The position numbers and the translations under genes are program-made. A DNA stretch of 64,000 nt from an uncultured Bacilli bacterium. GTDB lineage: Bacteria; Bacillota_I; Bacilli_A; RF39; UBA660. Each line of letters starts with the position of its first letter. Positions within the stretch are counted from its first letter, which is position 1. The stretch is from the NCBI GenBank assembly GCA_934095965.1, contig CAKOKR010000002.1:11287-75286 (forward strand), in the 5' to 3' direction. The notes under the pieces are model-generated. The model saw nothing but the letters and a program-made list of their open reading frames with translations, had not been told where the DNA came from and searched no databases. Positions 1 to 8,513 of the stretch are shown here, in pieces.

Positions 1-357
1 TATTTTATTTACAACAACAATAATTTTTTTATTACTTTTATGAAGTATTTCAGCAACTCTTCTATCATGAGCATCAATATCTTCAATTCCATCAACTACA
101 AATAACACTAAATCAGCTTCATCTATTGCTAGTGTTGCTTGCATTAATATATCTTTTGAAAAATCATCATTTCCAATAGTTATACCACCTGTATCTATTA
201 AATAAAAACTTTTATCTTGATAATTACATCTTCCATATATTCTATCTCTAGTTACACCCGGTGTATCCATTATAATAGATTTATTTTCTTTAATTAAACT
301 ATTAAATAAACTACTTTTACCTACATTTGGTTTACCAACTAAACATACTGTTTGCAT
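1..357 (-). CDS. der: GTPase Der (EngA), N-terminal part; gene runs off the left edge
   Basis: Hand translation of the minus strand from the ATG at 355-357: MQTVCLVGKPNVGKSSLFNSLIKENKSIIMDTPGVTRDRIY...LIDTGGI...VVVNKI. These are the P-loop, G2 and G3 motifs of the first Der GTPase domain. Truncated, so absent from the ORF track. Confidence 0.85.
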   Translation of the reverse strand, partial: MQTVCLVGKPNVGKSSLFNSLIKENKSIIMDTPGVTRDRIYGRCNYQDKSFYLIDTGGITIGNDDFSKDILMQATLAIDEADLVLFVVDGIEDIDAHDRRVAEILHKSNKKIIVVVNKI

Positions 358-372
358 ATTTTACCTCACTTT

Positions 373-816
373 CTATAATGTTTCATTACATACATTACTT
401 TCATTATTACTTTTAATATCAATCATCTTAGCATATACTCTATTATTTTTTCTATATATATATAATTCATCACATAACATACTATTTCTAGTTACATTAT
501 TAATTAAATCTTTTTGATTATTACTATTTAATTCTCTAGTTTCATAATAACCATTTTTAATAAGTGTTACAACACTCACTCTTTTACAAAAACTATACTC
601 TACACCATCTATATTACATTTGCTATCTAATATATCAGGTTCTTCTTGACCATATACTATTGCACTAGCTTCTAAATCATTAACCTTGGTATCAACTATT
701 TTTTTTAAAGAATTATTTCTTATTTTCATTACACTAAATGTACCTATTATAATAACTAAACTAAGTATAACAATAACAGCTAGTAATTCCACTAAAGTAA
801 ACCCTTTATTTTTCAT
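373..816 (-). CDS. Prepilin-type N-terminal cleavage/methylation domain protein (type IV pilin / pseudopilin-like)
   Basis: N-terminus MKNKGFTLVELLAVIVILSLVIII is the G|FTLxE motif plus hydrophobic helix. Four Cys in the C-terminal globular part. Start overlaps the engB stop by 11 nt. Confidence 0.75.
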   Translation of the reverse strand: MKNKGFTLVELLAVIVILSLVIIIGTFSVMKIRNNSLKKIVDTKVNDLEASAIVYGQEEPDILDSKCNIDGVEYSFCKRVSVVTLIKNGYYETRELNSNNQKDLINNVTRNSMLCDELYIYRKNNRVYAKMIDIKSNNESNVCNETL

Positions 817-1393
817 TATATCCCTCGATTATACTAAGTACTTCACTTCTTCCCTTTTTAGTAACCGTAGAAAAAGTAATTACTTCATCATCACTTGATA
901 ACTTTAATGTATCTTTAATTAACTTATCTTGTTTAATTCTACCATTTTTACCAACCTTATCATATTTAGTGGCAACAATAGTAATATCCAAATTATAGTA
1001 TTTTAAAAATTCATACATTAACAAATCATCTTCCGTAGGTTTATGTCTATAATCAATTAATAAAAATACATGTTTAAGATTCTTTCTTTCTTTTAAGTAT
1101 TCTTCGATCATTAATCCAAACTTCTTTTGGGTATCTTTACTAACACTAGCATAACCATAACCAGGTACATCAACTAAATAAAAACAATCATTAACTTTAT
1201 AAAAGTTTAATGTCTGAGTCTTTCCAGGTTTAGAACTAGTTCTTGCAAAGTTCTTTCTTTCAATCAAAGTATTAATAAAACTACTTTTACCAACATTACT
1301 TCTACCTACTAGTAAGAATTCATTTTTATTATCGATTGGATACTGACTTCTTCTTACAGCTATAATTGGTTCACTTACATTTTCAATTTGCAT
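806..1393 (-). CDS. engB: Ribosome biogenesis GTP-binding protein YsxC/EngB
   Basis: GRSNVGKSSFINTL (G1), DVPGYG (G3), ATKYDK (G4). ATG at 1393 is preceded by GAGGTG; the track start at 1405 is a GTG. Confidence 0.85.
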   Translation of the reverse strand: MQIENVSEPIIAVRRSQYPIDNKNEFLLVGRSNVGKSSFINTLIERKNFARTSSKPGKTQTLNFYKVNDCFYLVDVPGYGYASVSKDTQKKFGLMIEEYLKERKNLKHVFLLIDYRHKPTEDDLLMYEFLKYYNLDITIVATKYDKVGKNGRIKQDKLIKDTLKLSSDDEVITFSTVTKKGRSEVLSIIEGYNEK

Positions 1394-1472
1394 ATTGCAC
1401 CTCACACACTAATTATATATTATTTCATGGAAAAATGCAAATATTCATACAATTTATTAAGGAGGATTACTT

Positions 1473-1826
1473 ATGCATAATACAAATTTTCCTCCAAATA
1501 TTGATCCTCATTCGTTTTCAATACTTGCTGTTGTAGCAGGTTATGCTTGTGTGGGAAACTATAATGCTAATGAACAAAATTCAATTGGTAACTGGCTTAT
1601 TTTAGTAGGTCAATATATTTTAACTCATGCAGCACAACAACAATTAATAGAGTCTCGTATTGAAAATAGTAATATAAATATAAACTCAAAGAATGCAAAA
1701 AATGGAGGTTCTCCATATACAGATAACAGCCAAGGCAAAAGTAATCAAAATCAAAGAAATGAAGTAGATTTCATACTTGATGCATTAAAAACAATGCAAG
1801 ATGAATTAAAAAAGAAGAATACATAG
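1473..1826 (+). CDS. Hypothetical small protein (hydrophobic N-half, Asn/Gln-rich C-half)
   Basis: ORF with AAGGAGG-like RBS (ttaaggaggattactt ATG). No family recognised. Confidence 0.5.
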   Translation: MHNTNFPPNIDPHSFSILAVVAGYACVGNYNANEQNSIGNWLILVGQYILTHAAQQQLIESRIENSNININSKNAKNGGSPYTDNSQGKSNQNQRNEVDFILDALKTMQDELKKKNT

Positions 1827-1888
1827 TGTATACTTCTTAAAAGACACAGTTAAGTTAATGAGCTCGCTTTTTCAAAACTGTCCGTCAA

Positions 1889-3499
1889 TCAGTTTATTGA
1901 GATTGGATCAGCGGCTGTGCCGCTTCCCGATGCATAGTTCACGGAAGATGAGAGATAGAAGACTGGGCGCACCGCATATGTATCTTTCGCATAGAAATTC
2001 GAGACGCCACCAGTGTCATACATACGGAACACACGATAGCCGTCGACCGCACTACGGGAAAGAGTCCATTCACCAAGTCCCATATACATCCAATTGACAT
2101 TTTTAATGGCTGCGTCTTCATAATTTTCAAGTTTTGCTGTCCATGCACTTGGTGCTGCTGCAAATCCATAATCAGTTACATACATTAATCCTATTTTGGC
2201 ACTATATTCTGTTTTATTATCTGTACTATATTTTGTTACTGGATTCACTATTTCATTTTGATATGCTGTTTTGGCTGGTTGTGCTCCTATATTTAACCAT
2301 GTATTTCCACCAACCTTCCATGTTGTCATATCAATTTTATTTGCCCATTCTGCTCCTATATTTGTTATGAAGTTTTGATTTAAATTTGTTTTATTTAACA
2401 AACTTGTACTCCATGTATTTGAACCCAATCCATTATTTATACTTGTATTATTTTTATAATTCCATGTATACGTTACAATATTATCATAATTATTTCCTTT
2501 ATAAGTTGAATTACCATACGTATATTTATCTTTATAATCTCCATCCGTACCTAATAATGCACTTGTTGCATAATCTGATTTGATTAGTTTTACTTTATCT
2601 CCAAATACTCCGATAATTCTATACAGATTATCTGCTGGGCATGGTGTTACGTTTGATCCAAAACATACATAATTATTTACTGCTTCACTTGCTCCAGCAT
2701 ATCTGTATGAATTATCTCCTGCCCCATTTGTTAGGTTTGCATCATGATAATAGATATTTGAAGCAGTATTTAATCCATTATAATAATCAACAATACAATT
2801 ACCTAAGTTATCTCCATTACCACAGAAATCTGCTATGGTTGAAGGTATTTTATCTTTTTGTAAAACAACATCAATATTTAATGTCGAATTTTCATTTACT
2901 GATTGATCTGTTTCAAGATTAACAAAAGTTAAAGTAAATGTCCATGTATGAATTACTTCTGATTTGTTACTAGCTGTTGCTATAACGTGGTCAGTTACTA
3001 TGTTAAATGCTCCACTTACTCCAGTTATATCAAAACCTTTTAAATTATTATTAACTGTAACAAATTTCAAATTATCAGAACTAGTTTCTACTATATTACC
3101 ATTTTCATCTTTTACAGTTAATATAACCTCAGGTTTCTTATCAGTTGTTGTATAAGTATACGTATTATTTTTTATTATAACACCTGCAAAGTATTTACTT
3201 GATGCACTTTCTGTCTTACTTGATGCCATTAACTTTACTTTTGGATTTGTTGTAGCAGTTAAGTTACTACCACCAGTTTTAAAATTATCTGTATTTGCAC
3301 TTAAAGATAATGTATTTCCTTTTGTAAATATTATTGTATCTCCACTTGCTGTTACTTCACCAGCTCCTTCAACATCATCATCTATCGTCGGAGCTAAATA
3401 AGAATAAGTAAACTTACCTATTAATAAAGCTATAGTTATTAATATTAAAATAAATATTAAAACTAAAGATATTGTTCTTGCATTTATTTTTTTATTCAT
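1889..3499 (-). CDS. Secreted/surface protein with TasA-type N-terminal signal-anchor, N-domain homologous to 36453..37097, and C-terminal WTLS...VRPVFYL domain
   Basis: N-terminus LVLIFILILITIALLIGKFTYSYLAP. HTWTFTLTFVNLETDQSVNENSTLNIDVV aligns with DSWTLTVTLKNLGVDQNDNTGKNFEGAVKF of the 214-aa protein. C-terminus is GEWTLSRS...AVRPVFYL. The last ~100 codons are GC-rich. Confidence 0.7.
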   Translation of the reverse strand: MNKKINARTISLVLIFILILITIALLIGKFTYSYLAPTIDDDVEGAGEVTASGDTIIFTKGNTLSLSANTDNFKTGGSNLTATTNPKVKLMASSKTESASSKYFAGVIIKNNTYTYTTTDKKPEVILTVKDENGNIVETSSDNLKFVTVNNNLKGFDITGVSGAFNIVTDHVIATASNKSEVIHTWTFTLTFVNLETDQSVNENSTLNIDVVLQKDKIPSTIADFCGNGDNLGNCIVDYYNGLNTASNIYYHDANLTNGAGDNSYRYAGASEAVNNYVCFGSNVTPCPADNLYRIIGVFGDKVKLIKSDYATSALLGTDGDYKDKYTYGNSTYKGNNYDNIVTYTWNYKNNTSINNGLGSNTWSTSLLNKTNLNQNFITNIGAEWANKIDMTTWKVGGNTWLNIGAQPAKTAYQNEIVNPVTKYSTDNKTEYSAKIGLMYVTDYGFAAAPSAWTAKLENYEDAAIKNVNWMYMGLGEWTLSRSAVDGYRVFRMYDTGGVSNFYAKDTYAVRPVFYLSSSVNYASGSGTAADPISIN

Positions 3500-3583
3500 T
3501 CATCACACCTCTATCATATACTATATAAATTATTATAACATTTAATTTTACTTTAATAAAGCTTTTTTATAAAAAATCACCCA

Positions 3584-3612
3584 TTGACAAAATATAAATA
3601 ATAAAGTACAAT
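3584..3612 (+). promoter_or_regulatory. Sigma-A-type promoter (TTGACA-17 nt-TACAAT)
   Basis: TTGACA at 3584-3589, 17-nt spacer, TACAAT at 3607-3612, just upstream of the tandem RNA modules. Confidence 0.6.
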
Positions 3613-3622
3613 GTATATGTAC

Positions 3623-3720
3623 ATGTGAATCGCTTCCGGGTGGTGCGAGCAATAAATAATCCCGAGAGAGTATGTCAATCGCTTACGGATGGTGCGAGTA
3701 ATAAATAATTCCGGAGGAAA
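3623..3720 (+). ncRNA. Two tandem 49-nt copies of a conserved structured RNA module (candidate cis-regulatory leader or sRNA; class not recognised)
   Basis: Copy 1 is 3623-3671 and copy 2 is 3672-3720, 39/49 identical. Invariant UGGUGCGAG and AAUAAAUAAU. The stem CGGG/CCCG in copy 1 becomes CGGA/UCCG in copy 2, a compensatory change. Confidence 0.5.
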
Positions 3721-3726
3721 ATCTAT

Positions 3727-3758
3727 AAAACTCAGTATAATCTATTGAGTTTTTATTT
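3727..3758 (+). terminator. Rho-independent terminator-like hairpin after the tandem RNA modules
   Basis: AAAACTCA (3727-3734) pairs with TGAGTTTT (3746-3753), followed by a T-rich run. The stem is AT-rich and weak. Confidence 0.5.
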
Positions 3759-3793
3759 AATTTCTGTTAAAATAACCAATTAACGAGGGATAT

Positions 3794-4855
3794 ATGGAAA
3801 ATTTTTGGTATAAACATGAATTAATATATTATGAAAAAGTATTAAATAGACTACTTAATGATACATCAAGCAACAAAGAAAGAATTAAAGATAATCTTGA
3901 TATAATAGAACAAATCTGGGAAAAAGAAAAAATAAGTTTAAATATCGAAGATATCTTACTTAAAGATTACCTTGATTTAAGTAAAACTAAATTCTTATGG
4001 AAACCTATCGAAGAATCTGCTAGACTTGATTCATCATTTATACCAAATTTAAAAGTTAAGAAAATAGATTTTACTAATAAAGAATTATTTGAATTAATCC
4101 ATGATTTTTTTAAAAATGCAACAAATAAAGAGATATATGAATTGTTTTTAAAAATATATAACAATAATAAAAAAAGTATTCATATCATAGATAAAGATTA
4201 TTCTTATCCCGGAGATACCCTTTATATAGATTATTTCAATAAAACATATATCCAAGTATATAAAGACCATACCTTCGAAGATTTAACAACTCTTGCTCAT
4301 GAATTTGGTCATGCAATTCAATTTAATTCAAATTATAATATTAATTACTTTAAAGATTTAAATGTTTATCTAGAAATAGTAAGTATATTTTTTGAACTAT
4401 TATGTTGTGAATATTTTTATAAAAGTGAATTTAAATTAAATGCTTTAGCTAGTGAATATAGTGCTATATATGATAATATTGAATCATGTAAAGATCTAAA
4501 AGAAGAATTTAAAATATTTAGAAAAATAAATTACTTAGAACATGAAAATAAAAATGATTTAAAAAATAAAATAAGTAAAATAGCATCAACATTACCTATA
4601 GAATATACAAAATACTTTATAGATATCTTACCCAGAGACTACTACATTTATTCATTTGCTTTTGTTGTTGCTAGTAATCTAATAAAACTATATAAAAAAG
4701 ATAGAGACTTTGCCCTTCAAGTATTAAAAGAACTAATAAATATTGATTTAAAAGTTAATGCATATAAATATTATCAAGAATTAGAAAACTTAGATTTAGT
4801 TACAACTGATGGTTTAAAAAATTTAACTAGAAATATTAAAAGAAGATGCAAGTAA
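3794..4855 (+). CDS. HExxH zinc metallopeptidase (short M3/oligoendopeptidase-like)
   Basis: TLAHEFGHAIQ motif with a downstream Glu (FFELL). RBS GAGGGA lies 5 nt upstream of the ATG. Confidence 0.55.
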   Translation: MENFWYKHELIYYEKVLNRLLNDTSSNKERIKDNLDIIEQIWEKEKISLNIEDILLKDYLDLSKTKFLWKPIEESARLDSSFIPNLKVKKIDFTNKELFELIHDFFKNATNKEIYELFLKIYNNNKKSIHIIDKDYSYPGDTLYIDYFNKTYIQVYKDHTFEDLTTLAHEFGHAIQFNSNYNINYFKDLNVYLEIVSIFFELLCCEYFYKSEFKLNALASEYSAIYDNIESCKDLKEEFKIFRKINYLEHENKNDLKNKISKIASTLPIEYTKYFIDILPRDYYIYSFAFVVASNLIKLYKKDRDFALQVLKELINIDLKVNAYKYYQELENLDLVTTDGLKNLTRNIKRRCK

Positions 4856-4867
4856 GCATCTTCTTTC

Positions 4868-6166
4868 TTAAAATGGCATATTTCCATTAGACATTTTCTT
4901 CATCATGTCCTTCATCATTTCAAATTGTTTTAGTAATCTATTTACTTCTTCAACACTTCTTCCACTACCTTTAGCTATTCTTTGTTTACGAGTTGCTTTA
5001 AGTATTTCTGGTTTTCTTCTTTCTTCAATAGTCATAGAACTTATTATAGCTTCGACATGTGCTAAATCTTTTGGATCTATTGCTACATTATTAAGCCCCA
5101 TTTTTCTAGCTTGAGGTAACATTTTTAAAATATTTTCTAATGGTCCAAGCTTTTTAATTTGTTTTAAATTAGCAAGAAAATCTTCTAAGTCATAAGTACC
5201 TTTCTTCATCTTTATTGCTTGTTTCTTTGCTTCATCTTCATCAATTACATCTTCAACCTTATTAACTATTTCTAAAATATCCCCCATATCTAGAATACGT
5301 TCAGCCATTCTTTCTGGATAAAATTCACTTAAACCATCCATTTTTTCACTAGTACCAACAAACTTAATAGGTATATGAGTTAAATGTCTTACTGATAAGG
5401 CAACTCCACCCTTTGTATTACCATCTAACTTAGTTAAAATACAACCTGTTAAATCCAAAGCTTCATTAAATCCAGTGATTACATTAATTGCATCTTGCCC
5501 CATTGATCCATCAATGACTAATATTTTTTCATCTATCTTAAAGTTACTTGCTATATCTTTTAATTCTTGCATTAAATCTTCATCAATTTGAAGTCTACCT
5601 GCAGTATCTATAATTACATAATCATTTTTATTAATTTTTGCTTCTTCCATTGCTGCAGCAACAATTTCTAAAACAGAACCTTCACTACTAAAAACTGGTA
5701 TATTTAATTCCTTACCAATTGTTTTTAATTGTTCAATTGCTGCAGGTCTATAAATATCTCCTGCTACAAGTAATGGCTTTTTATTATATTTTTTTCTTAA
5801 ATAATTAGCAAGCTTTCCTGCAGTTGTAGTTTTACCACTACCTTGTAAACCAACAAGCATTAAAACTGTGGGATTACCTCCGACTTCAAGTGGAACATAA
5901 TCACCTCCAAGTAAAGAAACTAATTCATCCTTAACAATTTTTAAAAATACTTCATCTGGTTTTAAGCTTTTTGAAACTTCAGCATCTAATGCTTTTGTTT
6001 TTACATCACTTACAAATTCTTTAACAACTTGATAGTTTACATCAGCTTCAAGTAAAGCTATTCTTATTTCCCTTACAGCATCGCCGATATTTTCTTCAGT
6101 AATCTTACCCATTCCTTTTATATTCTTTAAAGCATTGCTTATTCTATCTCCCATGTATTCAAACAT
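4868..6166 (-). CDS. ffh: Signal recognition particle protein Ffh
   Basis: GLQGSGKTTTAGKLA, DTAGRL, TKLDG, and a Met-rich C-terminal M domain. ATG at 6166 is preferred over the GTG at 6175. Confidence 0.95.
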   Translation of the reverse strand: MFEYMGDRISNALKNIKGMGKITEENIGDAVREIRIALLEADVNYQVVKEFVSDVKTKALDAEVSKSLKPDEVFLKIVKDELVSLLGGDYVPLEVGGNPTVLMLVGLQGSGKTTTAGKLANYLRKKYNKKPLLVAGDIYRPAAIEQLKTIGKELNIPVFSSEGSVLEIVAAAMEEAKINKNDYVIIDTAGRLQIDEDLMQELKDIASNFKIDEKILVIDGSMGQDAINVITGFNEALDLTGCILTKLDGNTKGGVALSVRHLTHIPIKFVGTSEKMDGLSEFYPERMAERILDMGDILEIVNKVEDVIDEDEAKKQAIKMKKGTYDLEDFLANLKQIKKLGPLENILKMLPQARKMGLNNVAIDPKDLAHVEAIISSMTIEERRKPEILKATRKQRIAKGSGRSVEEVNRLLKQFEMMKDMMKKMSNGNMPF

Positions 6167-6328
6167 TTTTATCACATCCTTGCATACAAAAATATTACTA
6201 TAATTTTAAATTAAAATCAACAATTTTTCCGTTTTTCTAAGAAATTCGGTGGAAAAACTATACATTTTCACTATGAATATCATTTTACAAGTAATTACAT
6301 TCATGATATAATTTTAATGGTGATACTA

Positions 6329-7423
6329 ATGAAAAAAAGAAAGAAAATAAAAAAAGGTCCAATTAAATTTATAGCACTACTTCTTATTATAAGTGGAACT
6401 TCATATGTCATTTTAAATAAAAATGAAAAGGCAGAAAAAGTTTCTAGTGAAGTAGATAAATTAATGGCTAAAGAAAATATAAGTAAAGAATATTATTCAA
6501 AAACTTTAGAGTATGTCTTACTTAATAATATATATAATGAAGCATATTTAAATGAATATAAAGATATTCTATTTAATAAAGAAAGCAATTTTGAAACTGT
6601 CTTAACTAGCTTTCTTCCAAAAGGATATACTGGAAAAGAAATAAATTATATATTAAAACTAAGTGATAAAAATATTGAAAAATTAAAAAATAAAGATTAT
6701 GTTGATATAAGTAAATATTATGAATTTAAAAATTTTAATGTAGATAATATAGATAGATATAATAAATATAAAGAAAATAATAAAGATATCAATTATCAAG
6801 ATGTTGTAACCAGAGTAAATTTAAAACTAGATTTGCCGGTGTATACTGATACAACTGAAGTTGAAAATCCAAATGATTATTTAGTGTTGGTAAATAAATA
6901 TAATCATCTACCCAAAAACTATAAACCTAGTGATTTAGATTATTTAGATGGAGCTTATGGAAATCAAGTACCTGTTAGAAAGGTTATTAAAGAACCATTT
7001 TTAAAACTTCAAAGTGCAGCGAAAAAAGAAATTAATATAAATATTATGCCTACTACCGCATACCGTGGTGAAGAATTTCAAAGGACATTATATAACAATT
7101 ATGTAAATAAAGAAGGTGTTGAAAAAGCTGATACTTATTCTGCTAGACCAAGTTATTCTGAACATCAAACCGGATTATCAATTGATTTAAAAAATACTGC
7201 CCTAACTAATATTAGATTTACTGATGAAAACTATGAATGGTTACATAATAATGTATATAAATATGGGTTTATTATTAGGTTTCCCAAAAATAAAGAAGAT
7301 ATAACATTGTATCAATTTGAAAATTGGCACATTAGATATGTTGGGAATGAAGCTGCGAAAATAATTTATGAAAATAATTTAACACTTGAAGAATATATTG
7401 ATTTGTATATAACAAAATACTAA
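6329..7423 (+). CDS. D-alanyl-D-alanine carboxypeptidase, VanY/peptidase M15B family, membrane-anchored
   Basis: SEHQTGLSIDL ... ENWHIRYVG motifs. N-terminal TM segment. GGTGA RBS before the ATG at 6329. Confidence 0.75.
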   Translation: MKKRKKIKKGPIKFIALLLIISGTSYVILNKNEKAEKVSSEVDKLMAKENISKEYYSKTLEYVLLNNIYNEAYLNEYKDILFNKESNFETVLTSFLPKGYTGKEINYILKLSDKNIEKLKNKDYVDISKYYEFKNFNVDNIDRYNKYKENNKDINYQDVVTRVNLKLDLPVYTDTTEVENPNDYLVLVNKYNHLPKNYKPSDLDYLDGAYGNQVPVRKVIKEPFLKLQSAAKKEININIMPTTAYRGEEFQRTLYNNYVNKEGVEKADTYSARPSYSEHQTGLSIDLKNTALTNIRFTDENYEWLHNNVYKYGFIIRFPKNKEDITLYQFENWHIRYVGNEAAKIIYENNLTLEEYIDLYITKY

Positions 7424-7449
7424 AAAGACTGAATTACTCAGTCTTTTTT
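7422..7449. terminator. Bidirectional terminator hairpin between convergent genes
   Basis: AAAAAGACTGA-attac-TCAGTCTTTTTT, with A-run and T-run flanks. Confidence 0.7.
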
Positions 7450-7465
7450 ATTGTGAAGGAGTTAA

Positions 7466-8356
7466 TTATTTGTTTTTTAATTCTATTTCTTTGATTTGTT
7501 CTACAGATAAACCGGTGATTTTTTCGATTGTTTTTATTGGAATGTTTTCTTTTAGTGAGTTGATAACAACTTCTTTCTGGTTTTCTGCAATACCTTTTTT
7601 TTCACCTTTTTTCATTGCTATTTTTTGTAGAGTATTCTTTTCTAGAGTTTCTTCTTCTTCGGGTGAAATATCATACACAAATTTTTTATCACTATTTAAT
7701 GTTTTCAATTTATCAACACTCTCCTTGATACTAGAAAGATTCATCTCTTTGGAATATTTATCTAATTCATCTTCATCTTTTATTCCTATCATTGTCAAAA
7801 GAGGTTTCTTTCTAACGTTTTTCATGTCTTTATCATACCAAAATTTTGCAAACTTTTCAACATTGATTTCATAATATTTGAACCTTTCATCAAGTTCTTT
7901 CTTATTTTTTTCATCATAAAGAGTGTATTGTGCAATAGGTGGATCTTTTTTTGATGCTCTATAGTTTAGTGATATGTGTATGAATTCTGAATCAATATCA
8001 TAAGATTTCCCTTTAATAATATGCTGACTACAGAATGCAAAGTAGTAGTTTAAATTTCTTATTCTGGTTACATCATTAAAAGATGAATTTAATTCAATAT
8101 TAATTTTTTTACCACTTACTTCAACAATTAAATCTAGTCTTTTACTTCGTTCGTTTTTATTACGTGCACTTAATTCAACAGGAATAAAACCTATAATTTT
8201 ATCAATTTTGATATCAAGACATTCACTTAATAGCTCCTTAAGAAGTTTTTTACTCTTTTCATCATCTGCACCGAATATTGCTTTAAACATCTTATCGATA
8301 TTAAATGCATAAAATGTTTTTGTTTCATTGGTTAACACATAGATCATCTCCTTCAC
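7466..8356 (-). CDS. Rpn family recombination-promoting nuclease / PD-(D/E)XK putative transposase
   Basis: N-terminal KMFKAIFG...RLDLIVEV...INIELNS pattern typical of the YhgA/Rpn PDDEXK family. Exact start uncertain (GTG/ATG/GTG options). Confidence 0.65.
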   Translation of the reverse strand: MKEMIYVLTNETKTFYAFNIDKMFKAIFGADDEKSKKLLKELLSECLDIKIDKIIGFIPVELSARNKNERSKRLDLIVEVSGKKINIELNSSFNDVTRIRNLNYYFAFCSQHIIKGKSYDIDSEFIHISLNYRASKKDPPIAQYTLYDEKNKKELDERFKYYEINVEKFAKFWYDKDMKNVRKKPLLTMIGIKDEDELDKYSKEMNLSSIKESVDKLKTLNSDKKFVYDISPEEEETLEKNTLQKIAMKKGEKKGIAENQKEVVINSLKENIPIKTIEKITGLSVEQIKEIELKNK

Positions 8357-8472
8357 GAGAAATTATTCTAAGTGTGTATCAAGAAAAAATCAAGAAAAAT
8401 CGTACGCCAAATTTCGACATAAATCGGGATATTTGCTTGTTTTCCCCTGTAATTCTGAGAAATCTAATTTTC

Positions 8473-8513
8473 AAAAAAAAGAGCTAAATAGAATTTAAAA
8501 ATATCTATTTAGC
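8473..8513 (-). terminator. Rho-independent terminator downstream of sigE
   Basis: 10-bp stem GCTAAATAGA/TCTATTTAGC, followed on the minus strand by T8. Confidence 0.65.

Noticed and set aside
1858-2165. Considered whether the GC-rich 3' end of the surface-protein gene is the variable repeat of a diversity-generating retroelement.
   Set aside because: No second (template) copy of the segment, no reverse transcriptase and no accessory gene occur anywhere in the 64 kb. The composition shift extends past the stop codon and fits simple recombinational replacement better. This cannot be fully excluded without the whole genome.
1858-3155. Plus-strand ORFs antisense to the 536-aa gene (1858..2097, 2134..2370, 2386..2583, 2641..2922, 2964..3155).
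   Set aside because: They are low-complexity Leu/Tyr/His-rich translations with no RBS, entirely within a well-supported minus-strand gene. The same applies to the other antisense ORFs in the track, such as 7470..7874, 9068..9379, 49463..50074 and 62047..62598.
3623-3720. Mini-ORFs inside the tandem RNA modules. Copy 2 reads ATG TCA ATC GCT TAC GGA TGG TGC GAG TAA (MSIAYGWCE). Copy 1 has ATG TGA at the same place.
   Set aside because: No usable Shine-Dalgarno at a proper distance, and copy 1 is closed by TGA at codon 2. TGA is a genuine stop in this genome (for example the spoIIAA/sigF ATGA overlap). The pattern of substitutions fits RNA pairing, not peptide conservation.
3623-3720. Resemblance of the module to known RNA elements: the T-box GGGUGGUACCGCG, the PyrR binding loop UCCAGAGAGG, CsrA GGA hairpins and the TwoAYGGAY motif.
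   Set aside because: Each match is partial and present in only one copy or with indels. There is no specifier or stem I for a T-box. The downstream gene is not pyr-related. ACGGAU occurs only in copy 2 and lies in the predicted stem.
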